A DNA stretch of 63,768 nt, filler included, from Lenisia limosa (Eukaryota > Protista > Breviatea): assembly GCA_001655205.1 (NCBI GenBank). It is 18 parts of 18 records of this genome, joined end to end, with 100 filler letters (N's around TTAATTAATTAA, not from the genome) between each part and the next. Parts side by side here need not be neighbours in the genome. Positions count along the whole stretch, not along the records: positions 49,283 to 58,308 come from LPNZ01011206.1; positions 58,409 to 60,049 come from LPNZ01007714.1; positions 60,150 to 61,278 come from LPNZ01010416.1; positions 61,379 to 62,623 come from LPNZ01011661.1; positions 62,724 to 63,768 come from LPNZ01002085.1; 13 more parts are not named here. One strand, written 5' to 3'. Shown here one piece after another: positions 51,295 to 63,768 of this stretch. The notes beneath the pieces are model-generated. The model was not told where the DNA came from, did not search any database, and saw only the letters and a list, made by a program, of their open reading frames with translations. Position numbers and translations under genes: made by a program. Within the stretch, counting starts at the first letter, position 1, and the number at the start of each line of letters is the position of its first letter.

Positions 51295-54200
51295 CTGGTG
51301 TTCAGGTGAAGCACCACCTTATCCGGCTCATTTTCAGCAACCTTCGGCACAACTATTTTCTGAAGCGACGGAAGAGGAACCCGCCACTATGTCGTCAATA
51401 AGGATTATAAATACTATGACATGAAATGATTATGGTAAAAATCGGGCTTCCCTACATCGGTAATATATCGATATTTATCGAGGATTGCTCAAGACATTTA
51501 ATTTTTTTGGGATTGGAGGGAACCCCTAAAAAATATGTTTGTAGTATTCATTCCGCAGTGATAAAGGTAAATAAGAAGATAATAGGCACCACAGCATACA
51601 GAGATTATATTATATGGAGGGCTCAGTGCAATTCATTTTGTGACGAAATTAATTGACAAATTTTAAATCAAAGCGTCTGAAATTGAGTCTACATTACAAT
51701 ATGTCGCACTTGTAATTTAGCAATTATTTTTCCAATTAATTGCACGGAGCCCTGATTATAGGGTAGATAAAAGAACTATAAAAGTGTGCAATAGAAGTAA
51801 ACATGTATCCAATGTTTGTAGCATCCAACCCGCCACCTCGTTAAGAAGTTTTTTTAAAAATTATGATATACTATATTATGATTCTAGAAATTTTTTTGTA
51901 TCTAAATAATATATTTGTACATTTGTAATACTGACTCTCTGCAAGCAATACCTCCCTTCCCCTTTGAGTTTAAATAATATACCTAGGGCTTCCCGGGGTC
52001 CAAAAAAGACCGCTAAAATCTCGATATCTATCGAGTATTTATCGATAAATTCAGCCTTTTTTGGGACCGTAAGGAAGCCATAATTGTTACCCCCATATTA
52101 CTATATAAATACCCCACCTTAACCTTGCCACACTCCAGCTGGTTTTTGGACANNNNNNNNNNNNNNNNNNNNNNNNNNNNNNNNNNNNNNNNNNNNNNNN
52201 NNNNNNNNNNNNNNNNNNNNNNNNNNNNNNNNNNNNNNNNNNNNNNNNNNNNNNNNNNNNNNNNNNNNNNNNNNNNNNNNNNNNNNNNNNNNNNNNNNNN
52301 NNNNNNNNNNNNNNNNNNNNNNGATCCCAATGTATTTATTAGTTTCCCTAGATTTCAAATGTATAAACAAAATGATATTATTTCTCTTGTTCAAAAAAAA
52401 AACAAGGTTTTGGGGTTCTGAGCTTCAGTTACAAAAAGTCTGAAAAATCCATAAATATCCAGTATCGATAATTTACCGGTCTATTTCGAACCGAAAGGAA
52501 GCCAGGTTAAAAGGTTTGTATATAACTATATTAGATGCACATATTATAAAAATATATACATCTAGGGCTTCCCTACGGTCACAAAAAAGAGCGTATCTCG
52601 ATAAATCCTTGATAAATATCGATATTTACGGTCTTTTTCGGATAACAGGGAAGCCCAAGGAAAAAAGGGTTGTATTACATATCATACTATATAATATAAT
52701 ATATTATAGTCAAAGCTCCGGACAACATTCAAATTCTCTGAACACATCAAAACTCCCGGACAGCTTTCCCTACAAAAGTACTATAAACTTCATTTTCTTG
52801 TTATTTTCGAAAGAAATTTGAGTCATAATCACAGGAACGCGATTTTTACATATTCTTGGCTCAAACCCAAATTAAGTCACTTAGCTACCCGTTTGCGGCC
52901 CTTAAACTACCACAAACAACCAAAACCGTTATAATCGGCCACATTCAAGGAATAAATGGCAACTATTCGGGAAAGTTTGACCTTGTAGAAAGCACTATTT
53001 TGAACATTTTTCTCTCAAAATTCACCATTACATAGCCAAAGCAAGGGGTAATCCATAACCAATTACTCCGAGGGGTACAAATTTTTGTTTCTGAACACTA
53101 AAAGAGGGATAGATTAAGAAAAAAATCCCTTGAAAAGGCAAAAGGGGCCACCTCCGGGAGAGCAAATTCACGGATTTTTGACACTTGCTCAAAATTGGAA
53201 AAAAAAAAAAAAGTTAGGGAACGTTACGAGGTCATTTTCTCTATATATCTGTCGAGCCAGTTTTGTAAAACACTAAAACACTACCGTTGACCCATACAAG
53301 GGGTCAACTTCAAGCTGTCAGGGAGTTTTGATGTGCTCGGTGAATTTTGAATGCTGTCCGGAGCTTTGAGGACCCACACACACACATATTATTATATTAT
53401 AATAGTAGTATACTATAACTATATTATTGTACATACTATATTCACCCTCATCCCGCACCTTGTGTCCGATAAAATGGCACTGGTAAACTTCAGGCTCAAC
53501 TATCACTGAGGCTGTGGGGGTAAGAATGGAGATTGATGAAACAGAAAACAACAACAACAAAAAAAAAAACAAAAAAAAAAGCAATCTTGTCCTTTCTCTC
53601 AGCANNNNNNNNNNNNNNNNNNNNNNNNNNNNNNNNNNNNNNNNNNNNNNNNNNNNNNNNNNNNNNNNNNNNNNNNNNNNNNNNNNNNNNNNNNNNNNNN
53701 NNNNNNNNNNNNNNNNNNTGTTAAGCGCCAAAGCAGCGAATTCGGCCTCATCCTGTGTCGGCATTTTATAGCGTCCTGGGGGAAGAGGAGGTGAGATTAC
53801 TAGGTTCGTTAGCTCAGATTTTCTCAAGGACGTGTACGAAAGACAATGAACAGTTGCAAGTAGGGCTTCACGTCGGTCGAAAAAAGACCGAATTTATCCA
53901 TAAATCGTCGAAAACTATCGATGTTTAACCAGACTGTTTTGAACCGAAGTGAAAACCTAGATACAAACCCCAGAATGGCAAACTTTCAATATTGTGCGTG
54001 TCGGATATGGACAGAAAATACTTCGAAGATGTCGAAATAACACCCGTGGCTGGGGGGGGGGGGTNNNNNNNNNNNNNNNNNNNNNNNNNNNNNNNNNNNN
54101 NNNNNNNNNNNNNNNNNNNNNNNNNNNNNNNNNNNNNNNNNNNNNNNNNNNNNNNNNNNNNNNNNNNNNNNNNNNNNNNNNNNNTGCAAAATTTATGAAA

Positions 54201-55393
54201 CAAAAAAAGCCAGGAAGCAACTAGAACACACGAGCCTAAAACATTCGATATAGTAAAGCAATCCCCCCCTCCCCCCAACAAGCATGTATTAACTCAACCA
54301 GCTCTTTGCGCCACGTGAGCGTGTGGTTGCCTTCAGGCGTGAGCTGGCATTTTAGCCAGGCATGGTTGAGGAACACTATGGTGGCGTCGGATTCTTGTTC
54401 TGAGGGGGGGGAGGAGGGGAGGTGAAATTTTGGAAATTATATGCCCCCAATAGATTATATCATATCAAGTATTCAATGAACTGACTTGTTCTCATAACAG
54501 ACTACTAAAAAGAGGTAATTATTTCAAATCGAGAGAAAAAAAGATAGGATGAGTGAAAAGATAGGAAAAGGGCAACTAGCTTATCGGGTCAAAATTTAAG
54601 CTGTTTTATTCTGTTACTTTGCAGCAGATACAGAAGTAGAGGAAGATCTCATATTACATCCTCAAAGAAGTTGCTTTCCTCAGTTTTAATTGCATCCTAA
54701 AAGAAGTTGCTTTTACTCAGTTTTGATTACATCCCAAAGAAGTTGTTTTTACTCAGTTTTATCCGAAAGAAGTTGCCTTTACTCAGTTTTACTCCTCTTA
54801 GCGGTCCACTCAGCAAAGATGAATCTGCTAAGACTGTGAACGAGAAAGACGACAATAAGCTATTGCACAATGGAGATACACATAAGAGTAGTAACTTTCT
54901 TTCTTTCCTACAATCCAGCTATCTATCTTTCTTTCTTACAATCCAGCTGTCAATCTTTCTTTCTTACAACCCAGCTGTCAATCTTTCTTTGGTTTCAAAT
55001 GGAAAGTTGGCTAGGATATCCGAAGCAAACTATTATTTTTGTTGAGGTAAGCTTACAAAATGGCGAATACCCCCAGAAAAATGATGTTGTTTTAAAAGGC
55101 GATAACTCTTCAGAGAAAACTAAATCGAAAATCAATCAGAATAAAGACAAGAACTGGATAAGAACACAATAGCAAAAACAAACGTTTTCAGGATCAAAAA
55201 ACAAAAAAAAAATGAAGTAGAAAATATAGATTAATAATATCATGAACGTGTCCCAATCATTTGGCCAAATAATTGTCTATGAATAATACAGGATACGTAC
55301 CGTGCTCGAGTTTTGTGGCGCGGACGTGGAGAACATAATTGTCGTTTGGCTGCAGGAACGCCTGGAATTCCGGCGGGCAATATGATGGCTCAC
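51295..55393 (-). CDS. unidentified multi-exon gene with long repeat-filled introns
   Basis: Exons after poly-C acceptors: EPSYCPPEFQAFLQPNDNYVLHVRATKLEH, EQESDATIVFLNHAWLKCQLTPEGNHTLTWRKEL, GRYKMPTQDEAEFAALALN, SVIVEPEVYQCHFIGHKVRDE, WRVPLPSLQKIVVPKVAENEPDKVVLHLNT. Confidence 0.4.
52706..53372. mobile_element. family F: ~670-bp non-autonomous TIR element
   Basis: ~60-bp inverted repeats TCAAAGCTCCGGACAACATTCAAATTCTCTGAACACATCAAAACTCCCGGACAGC (~52710) and a diverged reverse complement at 53313-53370; non-coding interior. Confidence 0.65.
54655..54995. repeat. two adjacent minisatellites (~35-bp x4 and 28-bp x3)
   Basis: CATCC(T)AAAGAAGTTGCTTTTACTCAGTTTT units at 54655-54790; CTTTCTTTCTTACAATCCAGCTGTCAAT units at ~54895-54990. 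Confidence 0.8.
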
Positions 55394-56204
55394 TGGGGAG
55401 GGGGGGGGGGGGNNNNNNNNNNNNNNNNNNNNNNNNNNNNNNNNNNNNNNNNNNNNNNNNNNNNNNNNNNNNNNNNNNNNNNNNNNNNNNNNTTGGCTTT
55501 ATAGAGATTTTAAGCTTCATAGAGATTTTAGGCTGTTATTTTCTGGGGGTTGGGGGGGAGAAAATCCTTTTCACTTAAAAAAGAACAAAATCGAGACGAA
55601 ACCCAGAAATAAAACATAAGACCAATCAGGATAGAGTTGGAAAGAGAAAAACTTCATTACCGATCATTTATGGCTGCAAAGCTGACAAAAAGTGTGAAAG
55701 CAGAGTCTCAAAAGAAAAGTGGTAATTTATTTAGGATTTTTTTTGTTATTTTAAACCCTTAGATATTGATGAACCTGATAGTTTTGAAAGTAAAACCAAA
55801 AAAATAGAACAAAAACACAAACCTTTTACTTGCTACGGACTTCTCCTTCTCTCTTTTGAGGATCATGGCAGAGCTACCACTGAGATGTGGAAAGCAAGTG
55901 CCCGATACGGTAGCGGCTCGTCCTTATTCCTGGATTAAATGTTTAAGAACTCGCACAGCTGCAATGAATGTTCGAAGGGATTCTGTGCTTTACCAGTTGA
56001 TTGTTAACGTTTAAAAGTTATTTAANNNNNNNNNNNNNNNNNNNNNNTGAAATAATAAGGCGCAAGAAGTTTAGAAGTAAAAGAGACAAAATTCATTTAG
56101 AAAAGGAGATCATCCGAATGGGTGCCGGGGCTCCTTTATAATCGGACAAATTTTTGGTTTGTTGGTGTTCTGTTCATTTTCATCATGGGTTACAGTATCA
56201 TTCC

Positions 56205-58170
56205 AGTTAATTCTGACGGCCCCATCTCCGATGCAGCCGCTGCGGCGTCGGTTAATATCCCGAAGGGCCAAGGGTAGGGCGTTTTGAGCCGACGTTGTCA
56301 CCTCCGCAGGTATTATGAGCTTATGAAAACCGAGACAGTCCAGGCCAACAAGTCAGTTGTCGTAATCAAGGTCGGAAAATTTTGTTCTGTCCGTTTTACC
56401 GCTTTTCCTCGGATCATCTGCATCTTCAAACTGTTTTTGGAGTACCTGTGTACGTTTAAATTATGGCGAGCTTGGGGAATGTTGCCACTGAACGAACATC
56501 TTTTGAATTTGATAGAATTTTGGCCGTTTCCTTGTATTCTTTGCTTCTCTTTCATAATATGAGTGTCGGAAATATATTGGAACGGAACCCTTGACTGAAA
56601 TCTACTGATAGACATGTTTCCTCCTTTTTTCTGGATCTTCGAACATCTCGAACAGTGCTTTCACTCACAAACCTGCTGGCTTACTCCCCATTTTAGCTAA
56701 TTTACAACCTTACATATTCATTCCATTATTTTTGCGTAATTGAACTTCCTTTCTGACCTTCTAACATAAGCTTCTCTCTCTTACTTGTGGGTCCGTTTCA
56801 ATGCACAACCCGAATTCAGGGAATCGGAGCTGTTTACCGGATTTCTTCCTCCACCACCACCCTTCTCTCACAGTCATAGCATATGGATTTTTATTTTATT
56901 TTCGTAGTGTACTATTCACACCTCAGATATACTATTATATACACTGACCGGGATAAGTCTTGACCGATTTGGTTATTTATTTCGAAAAGTAAATAGGTCA
57001 AATCCTATCCCGGTCGGTGTATATATAAGAGTTTGTTTTTGTTATTATAATTCTTATCCAGTTCTTGCTTTTATTCTGATTGATTTTCGATTTCGTTTTT
57101 CTGAAGAGCAACTAAATGATATCAAATCACAACATTCTCGCCCCTTACCCGAGTAGCTTTACGCAAAACTTCTTCATCGGGGTTTTTTACTGCGCTTACG
57201 CGTGCAGAATTGATTGATTTTTTTTGTTTCCAAATTTTTCCAATTTTCCCCCCCAGGATGACGGAACTGTTATCGATGGACAGCCTGCACGCGACCTCCT
57301 CAACCTTGGCGCCACCACCGTCAAGCTCAAGACCACTGGTGGGGTTTTTTTTAGGACTGGCGGTTTTGTTTTAGTATTATTTTTAAAGGACAATTGATGG
57401 GGGGGTATAACGGTGAGATACTGGTCATACACCCAATTTTTTTTGTTTCATTGTAGGATCGGGTTTTTGTCTAGTTGTAGCGTGTTTATTATTGCTTGTT
57501 TTTTGTTGGTTTGGAGTTTCAGATTATTCGGTTCGTGATTAGTATCTTTTTAGGCCAATATTCCTCACCAAAATTTCCTTCGTTTTACACTTTCCCTAAC
57601 ATTCCAGATGTTCCTACTTGCTACAAGGCCTTCGTACAGTCTACAAGTGCCAACAGGAAGGTGGGTATCTGAAAATATTCACTGACCGGGATAAGTCTTG
57701 ACCGATTTGCGGTATGATTTTCCAAGGAAAATCGGTCAAAACTTATCCCGGTCACTGTAGATATACTCCCCTCAAAATCACCTCAAACCTCAATGTAAAA
57801 TTAATTACCCTTGTTTGTTTGGAGTTTCAGATTATTATGATTATGAGAACCTTTACGCAACTATTCATCGAAGTGTCCTTCGTTTTACCGAGCTTTGTTT
57901 GTTGTTACCAACTCTAGTGTGTTGTCAGCCAACAGTGAGTTGATTTGGTTTTTTTTGTATCATAAATTTTCTTTNNNNNNNNNNNNNNNNNNNNNNNNNN
58001 NNNNNNNNNNNNNNNNNNNNNNNNNNNNNNNNNNNNNNNNNNNNNNNNNNNNNNNNNNNNNNNNNNNNNNNNNNNNNNNNNNNNNNNNNNNNNNNNNNNN
58101 NNNNNNNNNNNNNNNNNNNNNNNNNNNNNNNNNNNNNNNNNGACCCAACACCAACGTGTATGAGGGGGGT
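56205..58170 (+). CDS. conserved uncharacterised domain usually found C-terminal to vWA domains
   Basis: Exons give PKGQG-YYELMKTETVQANKSVVVIK / DDGTVIDGQPARDLLNLG / YKAFVQSTSANRK, matching my recollection of the G.G(F/Y)YE.TK.E.IQ..K ... G..AR.LL.L ... FVQSTS.NRKL family. Confidence 0.5.
56942..57019. mobile_element. family B: 78-bp Tc1/mariner-type MITE
   Basis: ~28-bp TIR CAGTGACCGGGATAAGTCTTGACCGATTT (consensus) with TA on both sides; other copies 24475-24538, 25956-26021, 29600-29629, 37490-37534, 38590-38659, 57680-57757. Confidence 0.85.
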
Positions 58171-58507
58171 ATATCCCAATACCAACGCCTGAGCTTTGTT
58201 TGTAATGCTGTTTTTAACCCTTGTATTTTTCTTAAATAGTGTAGATTCTGATGTTTCATACATTTTCCATATATACTCCCCCCCTGGGATGCGTTGCTGC
58301 AGAAGCGANNNNNNNNNNNNNNNNNNNNNNNNNNNNNNNNNNNNNNNNNNNNTTAATTAATTAANNNNNNNNNNNNNNNNNNNNNNNNNNNNNNNNNNNN
58401 NNNNNNNNATATTGTATACTATATGTACATAGGGTATATTATAATTTATATATTTCATTTCCAGAAAAACATTTCTCTCTCTCTCCCAGAATTCTAATAT
58501 ATTTTAG

Positions 58508-59679
58508 AAAAGCGTCTTTCTGACGCAGCTGAGAGATACCAAAAAGAGGTTCAAGCGCGTAAGTTGCTCTACAACAAACTGCAAGAATTGAAGGTTGGGG
58601 GGGGGGGGGNNNNNNNNNNNNNNNNNNNNNNNNNNNNNNNNNNNNNNNNNNNNNNNNNNNNNNNNNNNNNNNNNNNNNNNNNNNNNNNNNNNNNNNNNNN
58701 NNNNNNNNNNNNNNNNNNNNNNNNNNNNNNNNNNNNNNNNNNNNNNNNNNNNNNNNNNNNNNNNNNNNNNNNNNNNNNNNNNNNNNNNNNNNNNNNNNNN
58801 NNNNNNNNNNNNNNNNNNNNNNNNNNNNNNNNNNNNNNNNNNNNNNNNNNNNNTATCATCATCATATCACCATCGCCATCATCACCATCGTCTCCACCGT
58901 CTCCACCATCGTTTGAGAACCATCGTCATCATTTAGGGTAACATCCGCGTATATGCTCGTTGCCGCCCTATGAACGCCAAGGAAAAGGAGAAAGGCCCGG
59001 GATCGGAGCAGGTGGTTCAATTCCCGGTTAGTTATGTTGTTTTTGTTTTTTTTGTTTGTTTTTTTACTTTTATTTTAATAATTTCCAGGTAAGCCCTCCC
59101 TTTTGATCCTCGCCCCATCTATCCACCCCCTTNNNNNNNNNNNNNNNNNNNNNNNNNNNNNNNNNNNNNNNNNNNNNNNNNNNNNNNNNNNNNNNNNNNN
59201 NNNNNNNNNNNNNNNNNNNNNNNNNNNNNNNNNNNNNNNNNNNNNNNNNNNNNNNNNNNNNNNNNNNNNNNNNNNNNNNNNNNNNNCAAGCAGAGAAACT
59301 GTTCGAGTTTGATAAGGTCTATGACCCGACTACTACTCAAAGTGGGCTGGTCTTTTTTTGTTTGTTTTTTGTTTGTTTGTTTTTGTTTGTTTTTTTGTTT
59401 TTTTGTTTGTTTTTTGTTTGGTAATTTTACAATTTAACTCCTTTCTCTACTAACCAATTCAAAGATATTTCACTTCCTTACGCCTGTATTCTTCTTCGAA
59501 ATTCTTACCTTTTAACCCCCTTGGTTTTTTATTTTTATTTTGAGAATTTTTCAATTTTACTCCCTCAGGTGATGTGTTCAATGACACGCTGCCCCTGGTA
59601 CAGTCTGTGATTGATGGTTACAACGTCTGCATATTCGCCTATGGCCAAACCGGAACCGGAAAGACCTACACAATGGAAG
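58508..59679 (+). CDS. kinesin-14 (C-terminal motor, KIFC/KAR3 type), neck and start of motor domain
   Basis: [23 protein letters not shown] (kinesin-14 neck), [36 protein letters not shown] (P-loop). Confidence 0.95.
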
Positions 59680-61393
59680 GTTGGGGGGAGTTACTGTTTT
59701 ATACCTAGGGCTTCCCAATGGTCCCAAAAAAACTGAATTTCCCGATAAATTCTCGATAAATATCGATATTTTAACGGTCTTTTTTGTACCGTAGGGAAGC
59801 CCTAGATATATATAAATGTATGTATGTCCACATCTTTGTGGCAACTACATCACCAATAATTCTGTACTGGCATAACTAATGTTTCTGTACAAGCATATCC
59901 CGAAACAAATTAAATTAACATTTAATTATTATGACACCAAAGAAGGCGGTTCCCATACCCCCGCATACCCCCCATATCCCATTTTCTTTTTGGACTTATT
60001 TGAAACTGTGTAACTGCAAAATCATTTTTACCTCTTTTTTTTTTGTTTTNNNNNNNNNNNNNNNNNNNNNNNNNNNNNNNNNNNNNNNNNNNNTTAATTA
60101 ATTAANNNNNNNNNNNNNNNNNNNNNNNNNNNNNNNNNNNNNNNNNNNNCTATTTCTCAAAGACACAGACGAGCAAAAGCCGTCAACGATGCTCTAAACA
60201 AGGCAACCGCCTCTGTTGAAGGCTTGTTGAAGTCCGCTGCATCGACGCACACAACTTCGGGGCTCTTTAACTCGGATAATGTGCCAAACGCCGGTCCCGT
60301 TATCGTGGTGCGCATGGGGGGATTTGTTTGAATTATTCATTGTATTGAAATGCATTCTGTACTTTTTTTTGTTGACACAGTGAGAGGATAAGTGGACAGC
60401 TTCGGCTAATATAACCTTGTTTTATTTCTCGTCTCTGTGGTGTGGATGGCTTCGACCGTATATATCCTTGTTTTATTTCTTGTCTCTATCTATATATCTA
60501 AGATATGCTGGCCTCTTAGAAATATTGGATGTACATTAGCTATTACTAGGCTTCCCAACGATCCCAAAAAAGACTGAATTTCCCGATATATTCGCGAGAA
60601 TATTGATATTTTGGCGGTCTTTTTCGGACCGCAGGGAAGCCCTAATAATAACATTACTACTATCATCCAACAATACCGCTGGTGATTGTTGAAACAATGA
60701 ACACATTTCCCTCACTACTCCAGACAACAACCCCGACAGGAACCACAAAACCCATGTATTGGGGGGGGGGGGGNNNNNNNNNNNNNNNNNNNNNNNNNNN
60801 NNNNNNNNNNNNNNNNNNNNNNNNNNNNNNNNNNNNNNNNNNNNNNNNNNNNNNNNNNNNNNNNNNNNNNNNNNNCTTAGGGCTTCACTTTCGGTGCCAA
60901 AACTGCTGTAAAATATCGATATTAATCGAGGATTTATCGAGAATTCAGTCTTTTTGGAACCGTAAATGAAGGTCTACTTTTTCTTGGTTTAAGACTTCCA
61001 TGATCAGTGTTTGTATTATATGAAGCCACTGGCCTGGGCTTTGTTTTTGAAGCGACTGGCCTGGGTTTTGTTTGTTGTTTTCAATCCTCATGTGTTGCTC
61101 CTCTCACCTCATAGACACTGATATTTTATCAATAATGAAAACCCTTTTTGTTCAAAGAATAATTCCAATCACCCCAACAGAGTTGATTTGGGCTTTTTTT
61201 TGTTTTGTTATCAACCCTCGTGTGTTGTGGGCTTTTTTTGTTTCATAAATTTTTAATTTTACCCCCCCCCCCCCCCCGNNNNNNNNNNNNNNNNNNNNNN
61301 NNNNNNNNNNNNNNNNNNNNNNTTAATTAATTAANNNNNNNNNNNNNNNNNNNNNNNNNNNNNNNNNNNNNNNNNNNNGCTCATATTTTCAGT

Positions 61394-62134
61394 GTACCCT
61401 CAGCCCCTTTTCGCAGCACTCCACGGCGGATTATTGGTGTCGCTCCATCGCTTCAATGCCCACGCTCGGATCATCCTCAACTCAAGGGCCTCTAAAAGCT
61501 TCATTCATGTATGAGAGGATTTAGGGCTAGTTATTGCCTGGTGCTCTTTTGGTCTGAGTTTTTTTTATTATTATTGTGTATGCGTTTTTTTATTTTTTGT
61601 AATGTGTGTTTTTTTTTTTTTTTTTTTTTTNNNNNNNNNNNNNNNNNNNNNNNNNNNNNNNNNNNNNNNNNNNNNNNNNNNNNNNNNNNNNNNNNNNNNN
61701 NNNNNNNNNNNNNNNNNNNNNNNNNNNNNNNNNNNNNNNNNNNNNNNNNNNNNNNNNNNNNNNNNNNNNNNNNNNNNNNNNTTCTGCAGGTCTACGCTGG
61801 ACACTACACCGCAGTAGAGACCAGTATTGTGAACATGGGGCTGAAGGTTGGTTATAACATGGGGCAGGCTGGTCATAACATGGGGCTGCAGGTTGGTTAT
61901 TTCATGAGACTTGAAGGGATTGTGAACATGGGTTGGAGATTGGTCTATAGTATTGTGAAAATGGGAGGTTATGAACGTTGGTGATTTCTGACATTTCAGG
62001 CATCCCTCACATCGGCTCTGCTCGATATACTAAAGAAGTACGTTGGTACTGGGGACGTCAGCGTCCTTGTCGAGTGGATAAACTCCAATAGAACTGGTGT
62101 GGCTGCAGCGTTTGATGATGCTGCGCTGAAGGCT
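61394..62134 (+). CDS. unidentified spliced gene fragments
   Basis: AG/GT-bounded exons YPQPLFAALHGGLLVSLHRFNAHARIILNS, VYAGHYTAVETSI, ASLTSALLDILKKYVGTGDVSVLVEWINSNRTG. Confidence 0.35.
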
Positions 62135-63768
62135 AGTAAGGGGGGGCTTCGTATTTTGTTGTTTAATTTTGTATTATCTATTATTATATTCTTTATGACA
62201 CAAAAATCTGTTATATGACGAATTTTTTTCCTATCTTTTTTACTTTTTATTGTTTTCTGCTCAGCTTGTCTTTATTTTATATTATTCTATGTGATACACT
62301 ATGTTTCTGAATCACATTTTTGTTATTATCGATAGGTTGTTCAGTCACAAATACTTCTGTTTTCAGCACAAACTTCGGTTCGAGTTTTCGAGAATTTATC
62401 GAGAAATTCAGTCTTTTTTTGAACCGAAGTTATTAGAGGGAGGTTGGCGAACAATGGGGAAGTTTGAAAGTGCCCCATTTCCGTTAGTCACACAACCAAC
62501 AACAATCTTTGGGGATCTTACCAAATGAGGGAGCCCAAAAAATTGAGCGCAGTTATGTTTTCCTATATCTGTAGAGTCCAGAAATGTGATATTTTTTGGA
62601 AATGTGATATTTTTTCAAAAAAANNNNNNNNNNNNNNNNNNNNNNNNNNNNNNNNNNNNNNNNNNNNTTAATTAATTAANNNNNNNNNNNNNNNNNNNNN
62701 NNNNNNNNNNNNNNNNNNNNNNNGAAAGGAGGGGAGGCCAAAGAATCGGAAAGTCGGAAGCTCGGATAGTTCAGTTCATTTCCCATATATTTTTTTGTTG
62801 TTTGGTTCTTCGAATCACTGAATCACTTGCACACAGCAGCAATGTCAGGTAGTCACACAATTGATATATCAGTGACCTCTTAAAGTCATTCACCCCAGCC
62901 TTCTAACTCAAAACGTATCACATAACTTGGCCCTCAACTCCAACCCAAGGCGGCGCCAACCAACCCCTGCATCTGAACCGCTCAATTCAACACATTGTAA
63001 CGGGTCTCCCATTGCAGCCACTGAAGAAGTAATTGGGAGGGCCCAAGATGATAGAGTCATTGGAGTGGGCCGCCTCTAGCCCCAACATCCTGTCAGCAGA
63101 GGCCAATAATCTGTTTGTCCTGCTTGGAATTCTCTTTCTCGTCATCTGGAGTCTTCAGGTACGAAGGAGTACTTGGTCCATTCTGTGTTATTTCGTCATT
63201 TTTTTTTTCAATTATCCATTTGGGTTGTGTTTTCTTTAATTTTGATAATTTGACTGTGAATGGTTGCAAATGTGTAATTGTTGTTTGTGCTGGTGAAGGA
63301 CGGTGATTACTTTAGTTTAATTGGCTTATTCCAGGTTATGTTAGTACTTATGACATATTTATGTATATTCTTGAACCACAACTCAAAACTTTTTCAGACT
63401 TACAATAATGAGAAAATCTATAAAAAATTACTTCCTTATAATCCTCTGATCTGCAGCAATTTGACTCACGCACTAGGTTTTCCTTGGAGTGCTGACAGCT
63501 CTCGATACGAGGCGAAGTATCTTGGAATATGTGGGGGGCGGGGGTGATCTTGGAATACCGTTAAGTGAAGGAAATTATGATGAAGAATGTTGGATGCTGA
63601 TATTGTTCTGATAGACAAGCTCCTGTTGCACCAAGGTATTAATGTGTTTGTTTTGCTATTTAAACCCTGGAGTGTTTCCAAATGATCAGCTTACAGATGA
63701 TTTTGGGTTATGTTTTATCAATTTTCTATTTTAAGCTCTTGTTCTTTTTTATTTCATCAATTATTCAT

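Overview
Eukaryotic, intron-rich nuclear DNA from a probably flagellated protist (an IFT dynein-2-like fragment is present). The window is not contiguous: about 18 contigs or scaffolds are joined by an artificial 100-nt spacer (44 N + TTAATTAATTAA + 44 N), with further N gaps that mostly sit next to G/C homopolymers. Recognisable spliced genes or fragments are an ankyrin-repeat gene, an F-box/LRR gene, DYNC2H1-like dynein, TOR (FAT domain), UTP23, a Cys-rich GCC2/GCC3-type surface protein, TANGO6/RTP1, DPM1 and kinesin-14, plus a decayed LSU rRNA fragment. The main result is at 33281-35441 (minus strand). Six exons joined at canonical GT-AG sites give one open frame encoding H2B-, H2A-, H3- and (weakly supported, truncated) H4-like folds in tandem. 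This is a fused histone triplet or quadruplet, an architecture I know from giant viruses, here carrying spliceosomal introns and host repeats. Long introns often show a G-run just after the donor and a C-run just before the acceptor. Two sense-oriented repeat families sit at intron 3' ends and supply or abut acceptors. At least four non-autonomous transposon families are present: a 100-bp hAT-type MITE with 8-bp TSD, a 78-bp Tc1/mariner-type MITE, a Helentron/HINE-like element and a ~670-bp TIR element. All protein assignments come from my manual translation and motif recall; no database search was run.
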